DNA of 64,000 nucleotides, taken from positions 864,001-928,000 of the forward strand of contig OZ219785.1 of NCBI GenBank assembly GCA_964291285.2. Direction: 5' to 3'. Of this stretch, positions 18,107 to 28,478 are shown piece by piece (within the stretch, counting starts at the first letter, position 1; the number at the start of each line of letters is the position of its first letter). Origin of the DNA: Alphaproteobacteria bacterium. Its GTDB lineage: Bacteria > Pseudomonadota > Alphaproteobacteria > Bin95. The position numbers and the translations under genes are program-made. The notes under the pieces were generated by a model. The model saw only the letters and a program-made list of their open reading frames with translations. It had not been told where the DNA came from and ran no database searches.

Positions 18107-19537
18107 ATGAGCAGCAAAACCACCGTCATCCGCAATGCGGCCTGGATCGCGGCCTGGGACGGCCGCGGGCACCGCTATCTGCGGGACGGGGACGTCGCCT
18201 TTGCGGGGGACAGCATCATTCAGGTGGGCGGCCGCTACGAAGGCGCGGCCGACCGGGTCGTGGACGGTTCGCGCCGCTTCGCCATGCCGGGCCTCGTCAA
18301 CCTGCATTCGCACCCCCACACCGAACCCGCCTACAAGGGGGTCCGCGAGGACCACGGCGTGCCCGAGATGTACGACACCGGGCTCTATGAGCGCATGTGC
18401 GCCTTCGTCCTGGACGCGGACGGCCGCCGCGCGGGAATGGAGATGGCCTATGCTGAGCTGCTGCTCTCCGGCGTCACCACCCTGGTCGATCTCTCGGGGC
18501 CGGTGGAGGGGTGGCTCGAATGCGCGGGCCGGAGCGGTCTTCGCTGTTACATCGGCCCCTATTTCGCCGACGCCCGCTGGTCGCTGCGGGACCGGCACCG
18601 GCTCCGCTTCGACTGGGACGAAGCTGCGGGGCGCCGCGCCTTCGAAGCGGCCGTTGGCGTCATCGAGGAAGCCGAGCGGCACCCGGGCGGGCGGCTGCGC
18701 GGCATCGTCTTTCCCGGACAGATCGAGACCTGCACGGAATCGACCTTGCGCGATGCAGCCGCCTTCGCGCGCGAGACGGGACGTCCGCTCACCACCCACA
18801 TTTCGCAGTCCAAGGTGGAATTCCACGAGATCGTCCGCCGGCACGGCAGGACGCCGCTCGAATATGCCGCCGATATCGGCTTTCTCGGCCCCGACGCCAT
18901 CCTCGGCCACGCCATATTCATCGATGAGCATCCGGACATACGCTGGCGCGGCAATGCCGACCTCGGCCGCCTCGCCGAGTCCGGGGCGTCGGTGGCGCAC
19001 TGTCCCTCGCCCTTCGCCCGCTACGGCCAGGCGATGGACCATTTCGGGCGCTACCGGGCGCGCGGGGTCAATGTCGGGCTCGGCACCGACGTCGCCCCGC
19101 ACAATCTCGCCGAGGAGATGCGGCTTGCCATCCTGCTGGCCCGGGTGATGGCGGGCGACTACCGCGCGGTGGATACATGCGAGATGTTCCGCGCCGCCAC
19201 GGTCGGCGGGGCGGACGCGCTCGGGCGCGGCGACCTCGGCAGGCTCGCGCCCGGCGCGAAGGCGGACATCGTGCTGCTCGACCTCGACCATCCCGCCATG
19301 CGCCCGGCGCGCGACCCGCTGCGCACCTTCGTGTTCGAGGCCGCGGACCGGGCCGTCCGCGAGGTCTTCGTGGACGGCCGGCCCGTGGTCGAGAACGGCC
19401 GGCCGCTCCATCTCGACCCGGAGGGCGCCGCGGCGCAGCTCGAAGAGTCGCAGGCGCGGATGCTGGCGGAGGCGCCCGCGCGCGACTTCCTGGGCCGCGC
19501 GGGCGACGAGATCGCGCCCCATTCGCTCCCCCTCTGA
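18107..19537 (+). CDS. Metal-dependent amidohydrolase (Atz/Trz/chlorohydrolase-like)
   Basis: PGLVNLHSH, THISQS, GHAI, VAHCP, GLGTD, GRLAPGAKADIV. Confidence 0.88.
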   Translation: MSSKTTVIRNAAWIAAWDGRGHRYLRDGDVAFAGDSIIQVGGRYEGAADRVVDGSRRFAMPGLVNLHSHPHTEPAYKGVREDHGVPEMYDTGLYERMCAFVLDADGRRAGMEMAYAELLLSGVTTLVDLSGPVEGWLECAGRSGLRCYIGPYFADARWSLRDRHRLRFDWDEAAGRRAFEAAVGVIEEAERHPGGRLRGIVFPGQIETCTESTLRDAAAFARETGRPLTTHISQSKVEFHEIVRRHGRTPLEYAADIGFLGPDAILGHAIFIDEHPDIRWRGNADLGRLAESGASVAHCPSPFARYGQAMDHFGRYRARGVNVGLGTDVAPHNLAEEMRLAILLARVMAGDYRAVDTCEMFRAATVGGADALGRGDLGRLAPGAKADIVLLDLDHPAMRPARDPLRTFVFEAADRAVREVFVDGRPVVENGRPLHLDPEGAAAQLEESQARMLAEAPARDFLGRAGDEIAPHSLPL

Positions 19538-19560
19538 CCCCTCGCAGCAGGACCGCCGCC

Positions 19561-20805
19561 ATGCCGACCCAGCTTCCCAACCTCTCCATCGACGCCGAAC
19601 GCCTCCGAGCGGCGCTCGACCGCTCCTCGGAGATCGGCGCCGGCCCCAAAGGCGGGTTGCGCCGGCTCGCGCTTTCGGACAGCGACGGGGAGATGCGCGA
19701 CCAATTCGTCGAGTGGTGCAAGGCCATCGGCTGCGGGGTGACGGTCGATGAAGCGGGCAGCATCTTCGCCCGGCGCGCAGGCCGGGAGGACGGCCTGCCG
19801 CCGGTCGTCATCGGCAGCCACCTCGACACCCAGGCGGCCGGCGGGCGCTTCGACGGCGTGCTGGGGGTGCTCGCCGGGCTGGAGGTCCTGCGCACGCTCG
19901 ACGACAACGGCATCGTGACGAAGCGGCCTGTCGAGGTCGTCAACTGGACCAACGAGGAGGGCGTGCGCTTTGCCCCGCCCATGGCGGCTTCGCGGGTCTT
20001 CGCAAGCCTCGCGACCGTCGAGTGGCTGCACGACCTGACCGACGACGACGGCATCCGTTACGGAGACGAGCTCCGGCGGATCGGCTATCTGGGCGACGCG
20101 CCGGTTGGCGGACGCGAGCTCGATTCCTATTTCGAGCTGCATATCGAGCAGGACTCGCTGCTGGAGGAAGCGGGCGTGTCGGTCGGCGTGGTGACCGGCG
20201 GCTATTACAGCCACGCGCTCAACTGTGTCTTCCGCGGCGAGTGCGCCCATACCGGGCCGACCGAGATGAAAAAACGCCGGAACGCGATGATGGGCGCGGC
20301 CTATTTCCTCGCCGCCGTCAACGACATCGGCTGGGACTACGAACCCGTCGGCCGCACTTCGGCTTCGCGCATGCAGATCTGGCCGAACCGTTTCGGCATC
20401 CTGCCGGAATATGCCGAGGTCACCGTCGATATGCGCCACACGGACCGCGCGGTCACCGACGAGATGGTGGAGAAGACGCGCGCGGCGCTGGACCGGGCGG
20501 CGGAAAGGGCGCAGGTCGAGGCCGAAATCACCGCCGAATGGACCTTCGGCGACGAGGCGTTCGACCCCGAATGCACCGGCCTCGTGCGCCGGGCGGCCGA
20601 GGCGCGCGGCACCTCCTGCATGGACATGCGCAGCATCGCCGGCCACGACGCCTATTACATCTCGCGCATCGCCCCCACGGCGCTCATATTCAGCCCCTGT
20701 ATCGGCGGCATCACCCACAATGAGGCCGAAGACATCCCCTGGGAGCCGACGGTCGAGGCGGTCACCGTGCTGCTCGACGCCGTCCTCGCCCGGGCGGACC
20801 GGTAG
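19561..20805 (+). CDS. M20-family N-carbamoyl-amino-acid amidohydrolase
   Basis: GSHLDTQ, GGRFDGVLGV, NEEG.RF, ELHIEQ, GHDA, HN.AE. Confidence 0.9.
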   Translation: MPTQLPNLSIDAERLRAALDRSSEIGAGPKGGLRRLALSDSDGEMRDQFVEWCKAIGCGVTVDEAGSIFARRAGREDGLPPVVIGSHLDTQAAGGRFDGVLGVLAGLEVLRTLDDNGIVTKRPVEVVNWTNEEGVRFAPPMAASRVFASLATVEWLHDLTDDDGIRYGDELRRIGYLGDAPVGGRELDSYFELHIEQDSLLEEAGVSVGVVTGGYYSHALNCVFRGECAHTGPTEMKKRRNAMMGAAYFLAAVNDIGWDYEPVGRTSASRMQIWPNRFGILPEYAEVTVDMRHTDRAVTDEMVEKTRAALDRAAERAQVEAEITAEWTFGDEAFDPECTGLVRRAAEARGTSCMDMRSIAGHDAYYISRIAPTALIFSPCIGGITHNEAEDIPWEPTVEAVTVLLDAVLARADR

Positions 20806-20816
20806 GACGCGCGGGC

Positions 20817-21221
20817 CTACAGGTAGTTCGAGACCTCGACGAGATTGCCGTCCGGGTCGCGGAAATAGACCGAGCGGATGGGGCCGAGCGCGCCGCTGCG
20901 CTCCGAGGGCGGGGTCTCGATCCCGACGCCGCAGGCTTCCAGATGCGCGACGACCTCCTCCAGCGGCGTATCCGTTATGAGGCAGAAATCCTCGCCGCCG
21001 CAGCGCGGGTCGCGCGCCCGGTACCAGTCGGTGTCGTCGGGGTGGAGGTTGATCTTGTGCTGTCCGAAGCGGAGCGCCTTGCGCACGATCCCGTCCTGGC
21101 CGATGCCGTCGCGCCCGAAGGTAATGACCTCCATGCCGAGCGCCCTGGCGTAGAACTCGCACGTGGCCTCGACATCCTTCACCCGCATCACGAAATGGTC
21201 GAGCCGGTCGATCCTGAACAT
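20817..21221 (-). CDS. VOC/glyoxalase family protein
   Basis: LDHFV, FY...LGM, KINLH, SVYFRDPDGNLVE. Confidence 0.88.
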   Translation of the reverse strand: MFRIDRLDHFVMRVKDVEATCEFYARALGMEVITFGRDGIGQDGIVRKALRFGQHKINLHPDDTDWYRARDPRCGGEDFCLITDTPLEEVVAHLEACGVGIETPPSERSGALGPIRSVYFRDPDGNLVEVSNYL

Positions 21222-21244
21222 GCCTGCCTCCCGTGTTCGGCGCG

Positions 21245-22879
21245 CTATCCCGGATTGCTTTCGAACCCGTCCAGCCGGTCGCGCTCGGCGAGGCCGGGAT
21301 CGCGTTCCTCTGCCGGGCCGTAGCCGCCCCCGCCGCCGGTGCGGACGATGAGCCGGTCGCCGCGGCCGAGCGGGAATTGCTGCTTCGAGCGGAGCGGAAT
21401 TCGCTGGCCGCCGCGCTCGACGAGGGTTTCCGCCTTCGCCCCGGGGCCGCCGCCGAACAGGCCCTGCGCGGCGAAGCGGAAGCGGTCCCCGTAGGTCGCA
21501 AAGGTCACGCCCTCGTCAAGGATGCGGTAGATGCGCTGGAAGCCCATGCCGCCGCGCTGGCGCCCGCCGCCGCCCGAGGCCGCGCGCAGGCTGTAGTCCT
21601 CGACGCGGAAGAACGGATAGTCGCTCTCCATCGCCTCGATCGGGATGTTCGAGCAGTTGGACAGCATCGAGTCCACTGCATCGCAGCCGTCATTGCCGGG
21701 GCCCGCCCCGTAGCCGCCGCCGAAGATCTCCAGATAGATGTTGTAGCCGCCGTCATGCTTGTGGCTGATGCAGCTCACCGTCGTCGTGTCGAAACCGGGC
21801 GCAATCACCTTCTCCGGCACGGCGCCGGCAAGCGCGTTCATCACCGCGTTCACCACCCGGTAGCTCGGCAGCAGGCGGGCGCGCACCGGCGCCGGCGGGC
21901 GCGGATTGACGAGGCAGCCATAGGGGGCGGTGACCGCAATGGCGCGTTCCGCGCCCTCATTGAACGGGATGTCGGGGTCCGTCAGCACCGCCTTGATGCA
22001 GGCGATGGCCGAGGAGACGGTGGAGGCGAAGGGGCTGTTCATGTTGGTGGCGACCTGCGGGGCGGTGCCCTCGAAATCGACCGCGATCGAATCCCCGTCG
22101 ATGGTGAGCGTCGCGCGGACCGGCACCGGGTCCTCGCCCCGGCCGTCATCGTCGAGCCATGCCTCGCCCCGGTAGCTGCCGTCGGGCGCGGCCGCAATCG
22201 CGGCCCGGACGCGCCGCTCGGAGTAGTCCAGCATTTCGTCCATCGCCGCGAACACCGTGTCCCGCCCGAACTTGCGGCATAGGCCCTTGAGCCGTTCGCC
22301 GCCAACGGCATTGGCGGCGAACTGCGCGTTGATGTCACCGATGGTGGCCTCCGGCATGCGCACATTGGCGCGCACCAGCCGCTCGAACGGGCCGCCGTTC
22401 CAGTCCCGCTCGACCGAATAGCGGCTCGGCGGCAGGGTGATGCCCTCCTCATGGACGTCGCCGGCATCCGGGTTGAGGCCGGGCGCGCCGCCGCCGAGGT
22501 CTATGTGGTGGACGACCGTCGCCGTGACGCCGACCAGCGCGCCCTGCAGGAAGATCGGCGAGAACAGGAAGATGTCCGGCAGGTGCTGCCCGCCGGAATA
22601 GGGGTCGTTGTTGACGAGGAAATCCCCCTCCCGGAGCGTCTCCAGCGGGTGGTGCTCCAGGCAGGCGCGGAAGGTGTGCGTGACGGAGCCGAGCTGGATC
22701 GGGATGAGGTCGGCCTGGGCCACGACCCGCCCCTTGCGGTCGAGAATGGCGGCCGAGCAGTCCTGGGCTTCGCGCACCACCGGGGAATGGGCCGAGCGGA
22801 TGAGCTTGATCCCCATCTCGTCGGCGGCCGCGATCAGCGCCTGGGTGATGACGGCCTGATCGACCGGCGAAACCTTCAT
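21245..22879 (-). CDS. Hydantoinase B/oxoprolinase subunit
   Basis: E.QDCS, NDPYSGGQHLPD, HH.DLGG, SGG.GRQRGG.G, TGGGGGYG. Confidence 0.9.
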   Translation of the reverse strand: MKVSPVDQAVITQALIAAADEMGIKLIRSAHSPVVREAQDCSAAILDRKGRVVAQADLIPIQLGSVTHTFRACLEHHPLETLREGDFLVNNDPYSGGQHLPDIFLFSPIFLQGALVGVTATVVHHIDLGGGAPGLNPDAGDVHEEGITLPPSRYSVERDWNGGPFERLVRANVRMPEATIGDINAQFAANAVGGERLKGLCRKFGRDTVFAAMDEMLDYSERRVRAAIAAAPDGSYRGEAWLDDDGRGEDPVPVRATLTIDGDSIAVDFEGTAPQVATNMNSPFASTVSSAIACIKAVLTDPDIPFNEGAERAIAVTAPYGCLVNPRPPAPVRARLLPSYRVVNAVMNALAGAVPEKVIAPGFDTTTVSCISHKHDGGYNIYLEIFGGGYGAGPGNDGCDAVDSMLSNCSNIPIEAMESDYPFFRVEDYSLRAASGGGGRQRGGMGFQRIYRILDEGVTFATYGDRFRFAAQGLFGGGPGAKAETLVERGGQRIPLRSKQQFPLGRGDRLIVRTGGGGGYGPAEERDPGLAERDRLDGFESNPG

Positions 22880-24897
22880 GGCCCTGCCCCTTTCCTCAGG
22901 ATCGCATTGCCGTCCCCGTCAGCCGCGGCCGTCCAGCCCGGCGGCGCGTAGATCGTCGCGCTGCCGTCGTCGATCAGCAACGGCCCCGCCACGGCGTCCG
23001 GGCCGAGGTCCGCGCGGGCGAGCAGCCCGGCCTCGAGCGCCTTGCCGCGTTCGGTTAGCGCCGTGCTGCGGGGCGCGGCCCGGCCGTTCGCCGGCGCCCG
23101 GCCCATGGACGGCATGGGCGGCGTCGGCGCCCGGACGCCCACGCGAAAGGACACCACCTCGACCGGGTCGCCGGGCGGTTTCGCGAATTCGAACACCCGC
23201 CGGTGCGCCTCGGCGAACAGCCGGGCAAGCTCCTCCGCCTGCAAGCGGTTGAGGTCCATGCCGGAGAGCGAAACCGGGACCTCGAAAGCCTGGCCCAGAT
23301 AGCGCATCTCCAGCACCCGGTCGAAATCCGCCGCCGCCTCGATCCCGAGTCCGGCCAGATAATCCCGCGCTTCGGCCTGCAGCGCTTCCACCGTATCGCG
23401 GACGGCGCCCATGCTGGCCTCCGAGACCGCAAGCCGCCGGGTCCGGGTCCGGTAATGCACATGGTCCGAAAGCAGCAGACCGGACGCGGAGAGCACGCCG
23501 GCATTGGGCGGCACGACGACGGTCCCGATGGCGAGGTCTTCGGCCACTCTTGCCGCATGCAGCGGACCCGCGCCGCCATAGGGCACCAGCACATAGTCGC
23601 GCGGGTCGCGTCCGCGTTCGGTGGAGACCCGCTGGATGGCGCGCACGATGCTGACTTCGGCGAGGCGGACCACGCTGTCGGCGATTTCCTCCAGGGGCAG
23701 CCCGAAGCGGGCGGCCAGCGGCTCCAGCACCCGGCAGGCCGCCTCGCGGTCCACCGCCATGCGCCCGCCGAGGAAAGCATCCGCCCGGAGCGTGCCGCGC
23801 ACCAGATGGGCGTCCGTCACCGTCGGCCGGTCGCCGCCCCGCCCGTAGCAGGCCGGCCCCGGCGCGGCGCCGGCGGAACTCGGGCCGACGCGCAGCAGGC
23901 CGCCGTCATCGACCCAGGCCAGCGAGCCGCCGCCGGCCCCGACCGAAACGATGTCGATGACCGGCGTCTTCACCGGCAGGCCGTCGATCCGGGTCATGGA
24001 GGCAAGCTCGGGCCGGCCGTCGGCGATCAGCGCCACATCGGTGCTGGTGCCGCCCATGTCGAGCGTGATCAGGTCTCGGAAGCCCGCGCGGGCAACGCTG
24101 CGCACCGCGCCGACCGCGCCCGCCGCGGGGCCGGAGAACAGTGCCGAGATGGCGTTGCGCTCCATGGCTTCGGCCGGCATCCGCCCGCCATTGGACTGCA
24201 TGATCGAGAACCGCCCGGTGAAACCCCGCCCGGCGAGCGCGGCGGAAAACCGGCTGACATATCCCGCCATGACCGGCTGCACATAGGCCGCGAGCGCAGC
24301 GGTCGAGGCGCGCTCATACTCGCGGAATTCCCGCGTGACGTCGCTCGAGCAGGTGACCGGCAACGCCGGCGCCGCCTCGCGGACGATCGCCGCCACCGCT
24401 CGCTCGTGGTCGGGATTGGCGTAGGCATGCAGGAAACAGAGCGCGGCTGCTTCGTATCCGCCCTCCGCCAGCGCCTGCCGGACGAGGCGGGCAGTGGCGG
24501 CGCGGTCCGGCGCCTTGAGCACCCTGCCGTCGGCGGCGATGCGCTCGTCGATCTCGAAGATGTCGCGCCGCGCCACGACCGGCTCGGGCTTGCGGTAGCG
24601 GAGGTCGTAGATCGCCTCCTTGTCGTGGCGCTGGAGCAGCAGAAGGTCGCGCGTGCCCTTCGTCACGAACAGGCAGACCGCGGCGCCCTTGCGTTCGAGC
24701 ACGGCATTGGTCGCCACGGTCGAGCCGTGGACGAGTTCCTCGATCCCGGCCGGGTCGAGGCCGGCGGCGTCGAGCGCGTGCATGGCGCCAAGATCGGGGC
24801 TGGCCGGCGTGCTCGGCACCTTCGCCGTCAGCACGGTCCCGCCCTCGACCGCCACCAGGTCGGTAAAGGTCCCGCCTACTTCAATGCCGACGCGCAT
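22876..24897 (-). CDS. Hydantoinase A/oxoprolinase subunit
   Basis: GGTFTD, HGSTVATNA, SGPAAG, DMGGTSTD, GAGGGS, GPACYG. Confidence 0.9.
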   Translation of the reverse strand: MRVGIEVGGTFTDLVAVEGGTVLTAKVPSTPASPDLGAMHALDAAGLDPAGIEELVHGSTVATNAVLERKGAAVCLFVTKGTRDLLLLQRHDKEAIYDLRYRKPEPVVARRDIFEIDERIAADGRVLKAPDRAATARLVRQALAEGGYEAAALCFLHAYANPDHERAVAAIVREAAPALPVTCSSDVTREFREYERASTAALAAYVQPVMAGYVSRFSAALAGRGFTGRFSIMQSNGGRMPAEAMERNAISALFSGPAAGAVGAVRSVARAGFRDLITLDMGGTSTDVALIADGRPELASMTRIDGLPVKTPVIDIVSVGAGGGSLAWVDDGGLLRVGPSSAGAAPGPACYGRGGDRPTVTDAHLVRGTLRADAFLGGRMAVDREAACRVLEPLAARFGLPLEEIADSVVRLAEVSIVRAIQRVSTERGRDPRDYVLVPYGGAGPLHAARVAEDLAIGTVVVPPNAGVLSASGLLLSDHVHYRTRTRRLAVSEASMGAVRDTVEALQAEARDYLAGLGIEAAADFDRVLEMRYLGQAFEVPVSLSGMDLNRLQAEELARLFAEAHRRVFEFAKPPGDPVEVVSFRVGVRAPTPPMPSMGRAPANGRAAPRSTALTERGKALEAGLLARADLGPDAVAGPLLIDDGSATIYAPPGWTAAADGDGNAILRKGAGP

Positions 24898-24972
24898 GCC
24901 CGCTCCCGCTCCCCGACAGCCCCCAGCGGCGTGCTAGAGTGCATCCGCGCACACGGGAATGGAAGGCAGGGA

Positions 24973-25107
24973 GTGAAGGCGCCGCGCTTCTCCTACGTCC
25001 GGCCGGAAAGCCGCGAGTTCCTGTCGGGCAATTCCTGCCGCTGCACCGGCTGTCACGCCATTGTCGATACCATTGAGGCGGTCATGGGGGAGCGCGTCCG
25101 TGGCTGA
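24973..25107 (+). pseudogene. Deletion scar: N-terminus of a CoxM-like FAD subunit fused in frame to the C-terminus of a CoxS-like 2Fe-2S subunit
   Basis: GTG start after a purine-rich RBS: VKAPRFSYVRPES (CoxM-type start) then REFLSGNSCRCTGCHAIVDTIEAV (CoxS-type end); stop overlaps the large-subunit start. Confidence 0.7.
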
Positions 25108-27457
25108 CCGGCCCGAAGCCGTCGGGCGGCCCCTGCCGCGCAGCGGCGCGAGGCGGCTTGCCGCCGGCCGCGGCAAATATGCCGGCGACCTCCTATTCCC
25201 CGGCCTGCTCCACCTCGTCTTCGTCAGAAGCCCCTATGCGCATGCCCGGATCGCGAAGATCGACCCGGCGCCGGCGCTCGCCGCCGTGCCGGGTGCAAGG
25301 GTGTTCACCGGGGCCGACATTGCCCGGGTCTGCACGCCCTGGCAGGGGAAAATGGACCATCTGCCGACGCTGGTCTCGCCGCCGCAGCATGCCGTCGCGG
25401 TGGACCGCGCGGTCTGGCAGGGCGAGCCCGTCGCCGCGGTCGTCGCCGCCAGCCGCGCGCGCGCCGAGGACGCCGCGGCTGCCGTCGCTGTCGAGTGGGA
25501 GCCGCTGGCGCCGGCAGCGGTCCGCGACCGCACGCTGGACGAGGGTGCCGCGCCGGCCCATCCCGAGCTCGGCGGCAATCTCGCTTATGCCGCCGCGGTC
25601 CGGGCCGGCGACCCGGAGGCCGCGCTTGCCGGGGCGGCGCATGTCGTGGAGGGCCGCTTCTCCTTCGCGCGGCATACCGGCGTGCCGCTCGAACCGAGGA
25701 CGGTGATTGCCGACTACGACCCGGGCGAGGGCCGGCTCACCGTCCATGGCAGCCACCAGGCGCCCTGGCACCAGCAGGACACGCTGTCGCGCCATCTCGG
25801 CATCCCCGAACACCTCGTCCGCGTGGTGACGCCCGATATCGGCGGCGGGTTCGGCATCAAGCTGCACATCTATGGCGAGGAGATTGCGGTCTCGGCCGTC
25901 AGCAGGATCCTCGGCCGGCCGGTCAAATATGCCGCCGACCGCCTGGAATCCTTCGTCAGCGACATCCAGGCCCGCGACCAGAGGGTGGAGGCGCGGCTGG
26001 GCGTGGATGCGGACGGCGTCATCCGGGGGCTCACCGTGGACGCGCTCTCCTCCTTCGGCGCCTATGCCTCCTACGGCCGCGCGCCGGTGAATGAAGGCAT
26101 GATGACGATTTCGATGGCCGGCGGCCCCTACGCCAACGGGCACTATGAGGGCCGGCTGCGCATCGCCTTCCAGAACAAGCCGCCGTCCGGCATGTACCGC
26201 GCGGTCGGCCAGCCGATCGCCTGCGCGGTGACCGAGCAGCTTCTCGACCGGGCGGCGCACGCCGCCGGCATCGACCCGGTGGAGATGCGCCGGCGCAACT
26301 ACTGGGCCGGGGACGCCTTTCCGCTGAGGACGCCCGGCGGCATCGCCATGGACCGGCTGAGCCTCCGGCAATGCCTCGACAGGCTGGTCTCCATGATGGG
26401 CTATGACACGCTCCGGGCTGAGCAGGCGGCGCTGCGCCGGAACGGGGTCCATCGCGGCATCGGGGTCGCGACCTTCCTCGAAATGACCGCCATCGGCGCG
26501 GAGCGCTACGGCCCGGCGGGGGCCCGCATCAGCACCCAGGACGGCGCGACGGTGCGGCTGGAGCCGTCCGGCAGGGTGCGCTGCGTCACCTCCGTCATCG
26601 AGATCGGGCAGGGAACCCTGAGCGCGCTCGCACAGATCGTCGCCGACCGCCTGGGCGTGGCGCCGGAGGATGTCGGCGTGGTGGGCGGGGACACGGCGCT
26701 CGCCCCCTATGGCGGCGGCGCCTGGGCCTCGCGCGGGCTGACCATAGGCGGCGAGGCCGCCTGGCGCGCGGCGGAGGGCCTGCGCGGGAACATCCTCGAA
26801 CTCGCCGGCTCGATCCTCCAGGCCGATCCCGCCGGGCTCGACCTTGCCGGCGGCGCGGTCTGCGACCGGGCGACGCGAGAGGCCCGGATCACGCTCGCCG
26901 AAATCGGGCGCATCGGCCATTTCCGCCAGGACACCCTGCCGCCGGGCGTGCAGCCGGAACTCGCCGTCACCCGCCACTATGCGCCCGACGACGTGCCCTT
27001 CGCGCTCGCCAACGGCGTGCAGGGCTCGTCGCTGGAGGTCGATGCACAGACCGGCGGGGTGCGGCTGCTCGGCCACTGGGTGGTCGAGGATTGCGGGCGG
27101 ATCGTCAACCCGCTCCTGGTCGAGGAGCAGATCAGGGGCGGCGTCGTGCAGGGCATCGGCGGGGCGCTGTTCGAGGAATGCCGCTACGACGAGCACGGCC
27201 AGTTGCAGAACGGCAGCCTTGCCGATTACCTGGTTCCGATGGCGGCGGAGCTGCCGGACATCCATGTCGGCCATGTCGAGACCCCGCTCAGGGGCACCGC
27301 GCTCGGCGCCAAGGGGGCGGGCGAGGCCGGGACGGTCGGCGCGCCGGCGGCCGTCCTGCTCGCGGTGAACGACGCGCTCAGGCCGCTCGGCGCGCAGGTC
27401 TCGAGCCTGCCGATCACGCCCGAGGCCGTGCTCAACGCCATCGCGGCGGCGGCCTGA
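25100..27457 (+). CDS. Xanthine dehydrogenase-family molybdopterin-binding subunit (CoxL-like)
   Basis: RSPYAHA, GGGFGIK, MYRAVG active-site loop, GQG, QIRGG..QGIG, KGAGEAG. Confidence 0.9.
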   Translation: MADRPEAVGRPLPRSGARRLAAGRGKYAGDLLFPGLLHLVFVRSPYAHARIAKIDPAPALAAVPGARVFTGADIARVCTPWQGKMDHLPTLVSPPQHAVAVDRAVWQGEPVAAVVAASRARAEDAAAAVAVEWEPLAPAAVRDRTLDEGAAPAHPELGGNLAYAAAVRAGDPEAALAGAAHVVEGRFSFARHTGVPLEPRTVIADYDPGEGRLTVHGSHQAPWHQQDTLSRHLGIPEHLVRVVTPDIGGGFGIKLHIYGEEIAVSAVSRILGRPVKYAADRLESFVSDIQARDQRVEARLGVDADGVIRGLTVDALSSFGAYASYGRAPVNEGMMTISMAGGPYANGHYEGRLRIAFQNKPPSGMYRAVGQPIACAVTEQLLDRAAHAAGIDPVEMRRRNYWAGDAFPLRTPGGIAMDRLSLRQCLDRLVSMMGYDTLRAEQAALRRNGVHRGIGVATFLEMTAIGAERYGPAGARISTQDGATVRLEPSGRVRCVTSVIEIGQGTLSALAQIVADRLGVAPEDVGVVGGDTALAPYGGGAWASRGLTIGGEAAWRAAEGLRGNILELAGSILQADPAGLDLAGGAVCDRATREARITLAEIGRIGHFRQDTLPPGVQPELAVTRHYAPDDVPFALANGVQGSSLEVDAQTGGVRLLGHWVVEDCGRIVNPLLVEEQIRGGVVQGIGGALFEECRYDEHGQLQNGSLADYLVPMAAELPDIHVGHVETPLRGTALGAKGAGEAGTVGAPAAVLLAVNDALRPLGAQVSSLPITPEAVLNAIAAAA

Positions 27458-27477
27458 GGGGCCGGCGGGGCAACCGG

Positions 27478-28470
27478 GTGGCGGAAGAAGCGCGCAGGTC
27501 CGTCCGCTTCCTTTCCGGGGCCGACCTTGACGGCCTCGGCCTCGGCATGGGCGAACTGGTGGACATTCTGGAGGAGGCGTTCCGGGCGAAGGCGGCGGGC
27601 GGGGCGGCGATGCCGCCCAAAATCTTCTTCCACCGGGACGGGCCGCGCTTCTACAGCGCGATGGTCTCGGCCAGCCCCGCGCTCGGCTATGCCGGCTGCA
27701 AGTGGCAGAGCGGCGACCCGGACAACCCGGCCGGGGGCCTGCCCTACATACAGGGCCTCTACATCCTCACCGAGGACGCCACGGGGCGCATGTGCGCGGT
27801 GATGGACGCGGAGTGGATCACCGGGCGGCGCACGGCCGCCGCCTCCGCGCTGGTCGTCCGGCATCTGGCGAAGGCGGGCGCCCGCACCCTCGGCATTCTC
27901 GGCTGCGGCCTGCAGGCGCGGGCGCATCTGGAAGCCGTCCACGCCGTCCGGCCCGGGTTCGACCGCTGCCTGTGCTACGACATCCACCCGGAACGCCAGC
28001 AGCGCTTCGTCGCGGAGATGAGGGGACGGTTCGGCTTCGCGTCCGTCGAGGGGACGGACGGGCCCGAAGGGGTCGCGCGCCGCGCGGATGTGCTGGTCAC
28101 CGGCGGGCCGATCGAGAAGGACCGCAGGCCCGTCATCCGGCCGGACTGGATCGGGGCCGGCGCGCTGGTCGTCACCATCGACTATGACAGCTATGTCACG
28201 GACGAGGCGATCCGGGCGATGGACCTGCTGCTGACCGACGATTTCGCCCAGATCGAGGACGCGCGGCTGCATGAGGGGAAGTTCCCGGCGGTGGACCGCG
28301 TGGATGCGACACTCGCGGAGCTGGTGGCGCATGGCAGGGGCGCCAGAACCTCCGATACGCAGCGGATTCTGGCCTTCAATCTCGGCATTGCGCTCGAGGA
28401 CCTGGCGACGGCCGTCGAGCTCCTGAAACGGGCCGAGCGGAGCGGCGCCGGGACGGTGCTGCCCCTGTAG
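27478..28470 (+). CDS. Ornithine cyclodeaminase/mu-crystallin family protein
   Basis: ITGRRTAAAS, GCGLQA, G.ALEDLA; GTG start inferred. Confidence 0.85.
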   Translation: MAEEARRSVRFLSGADLDGLGLGMGELVDILEEAFRAKAAGGAAMPPKIFFHRDGPRFYSAMVSASPALGYAGCKWQSGDPDNPAGGLPYIQGLYILTEDATGRMCAVMDAEWITGRRTAAASALVVRHLAKAGARTLGILGCGLQARAHLEAVHAVRPGFDRCLCYDIHPERQQRFVAEMRGRFGFASVEGTDGPEGVARRADVLVTGGPIEKDRRPVIRPDWIGAGALVVTIDYDSYVTDEAIRAMDLLLTDDFAQIEDARLHEGKFPAVDRVDATLAELVAHGRGARTSDTQRILAFNLGIALEDLATAVELLKRAERSGAGTVLPL

Positions 28471-28478
28471 CCGCCGTG

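Noticed and set aside
25100-27457. Aerobic CO dehydrogenase CoxL form I
   Set aside because: Active-site loop is MYRAVG rather than AYRCSFR.
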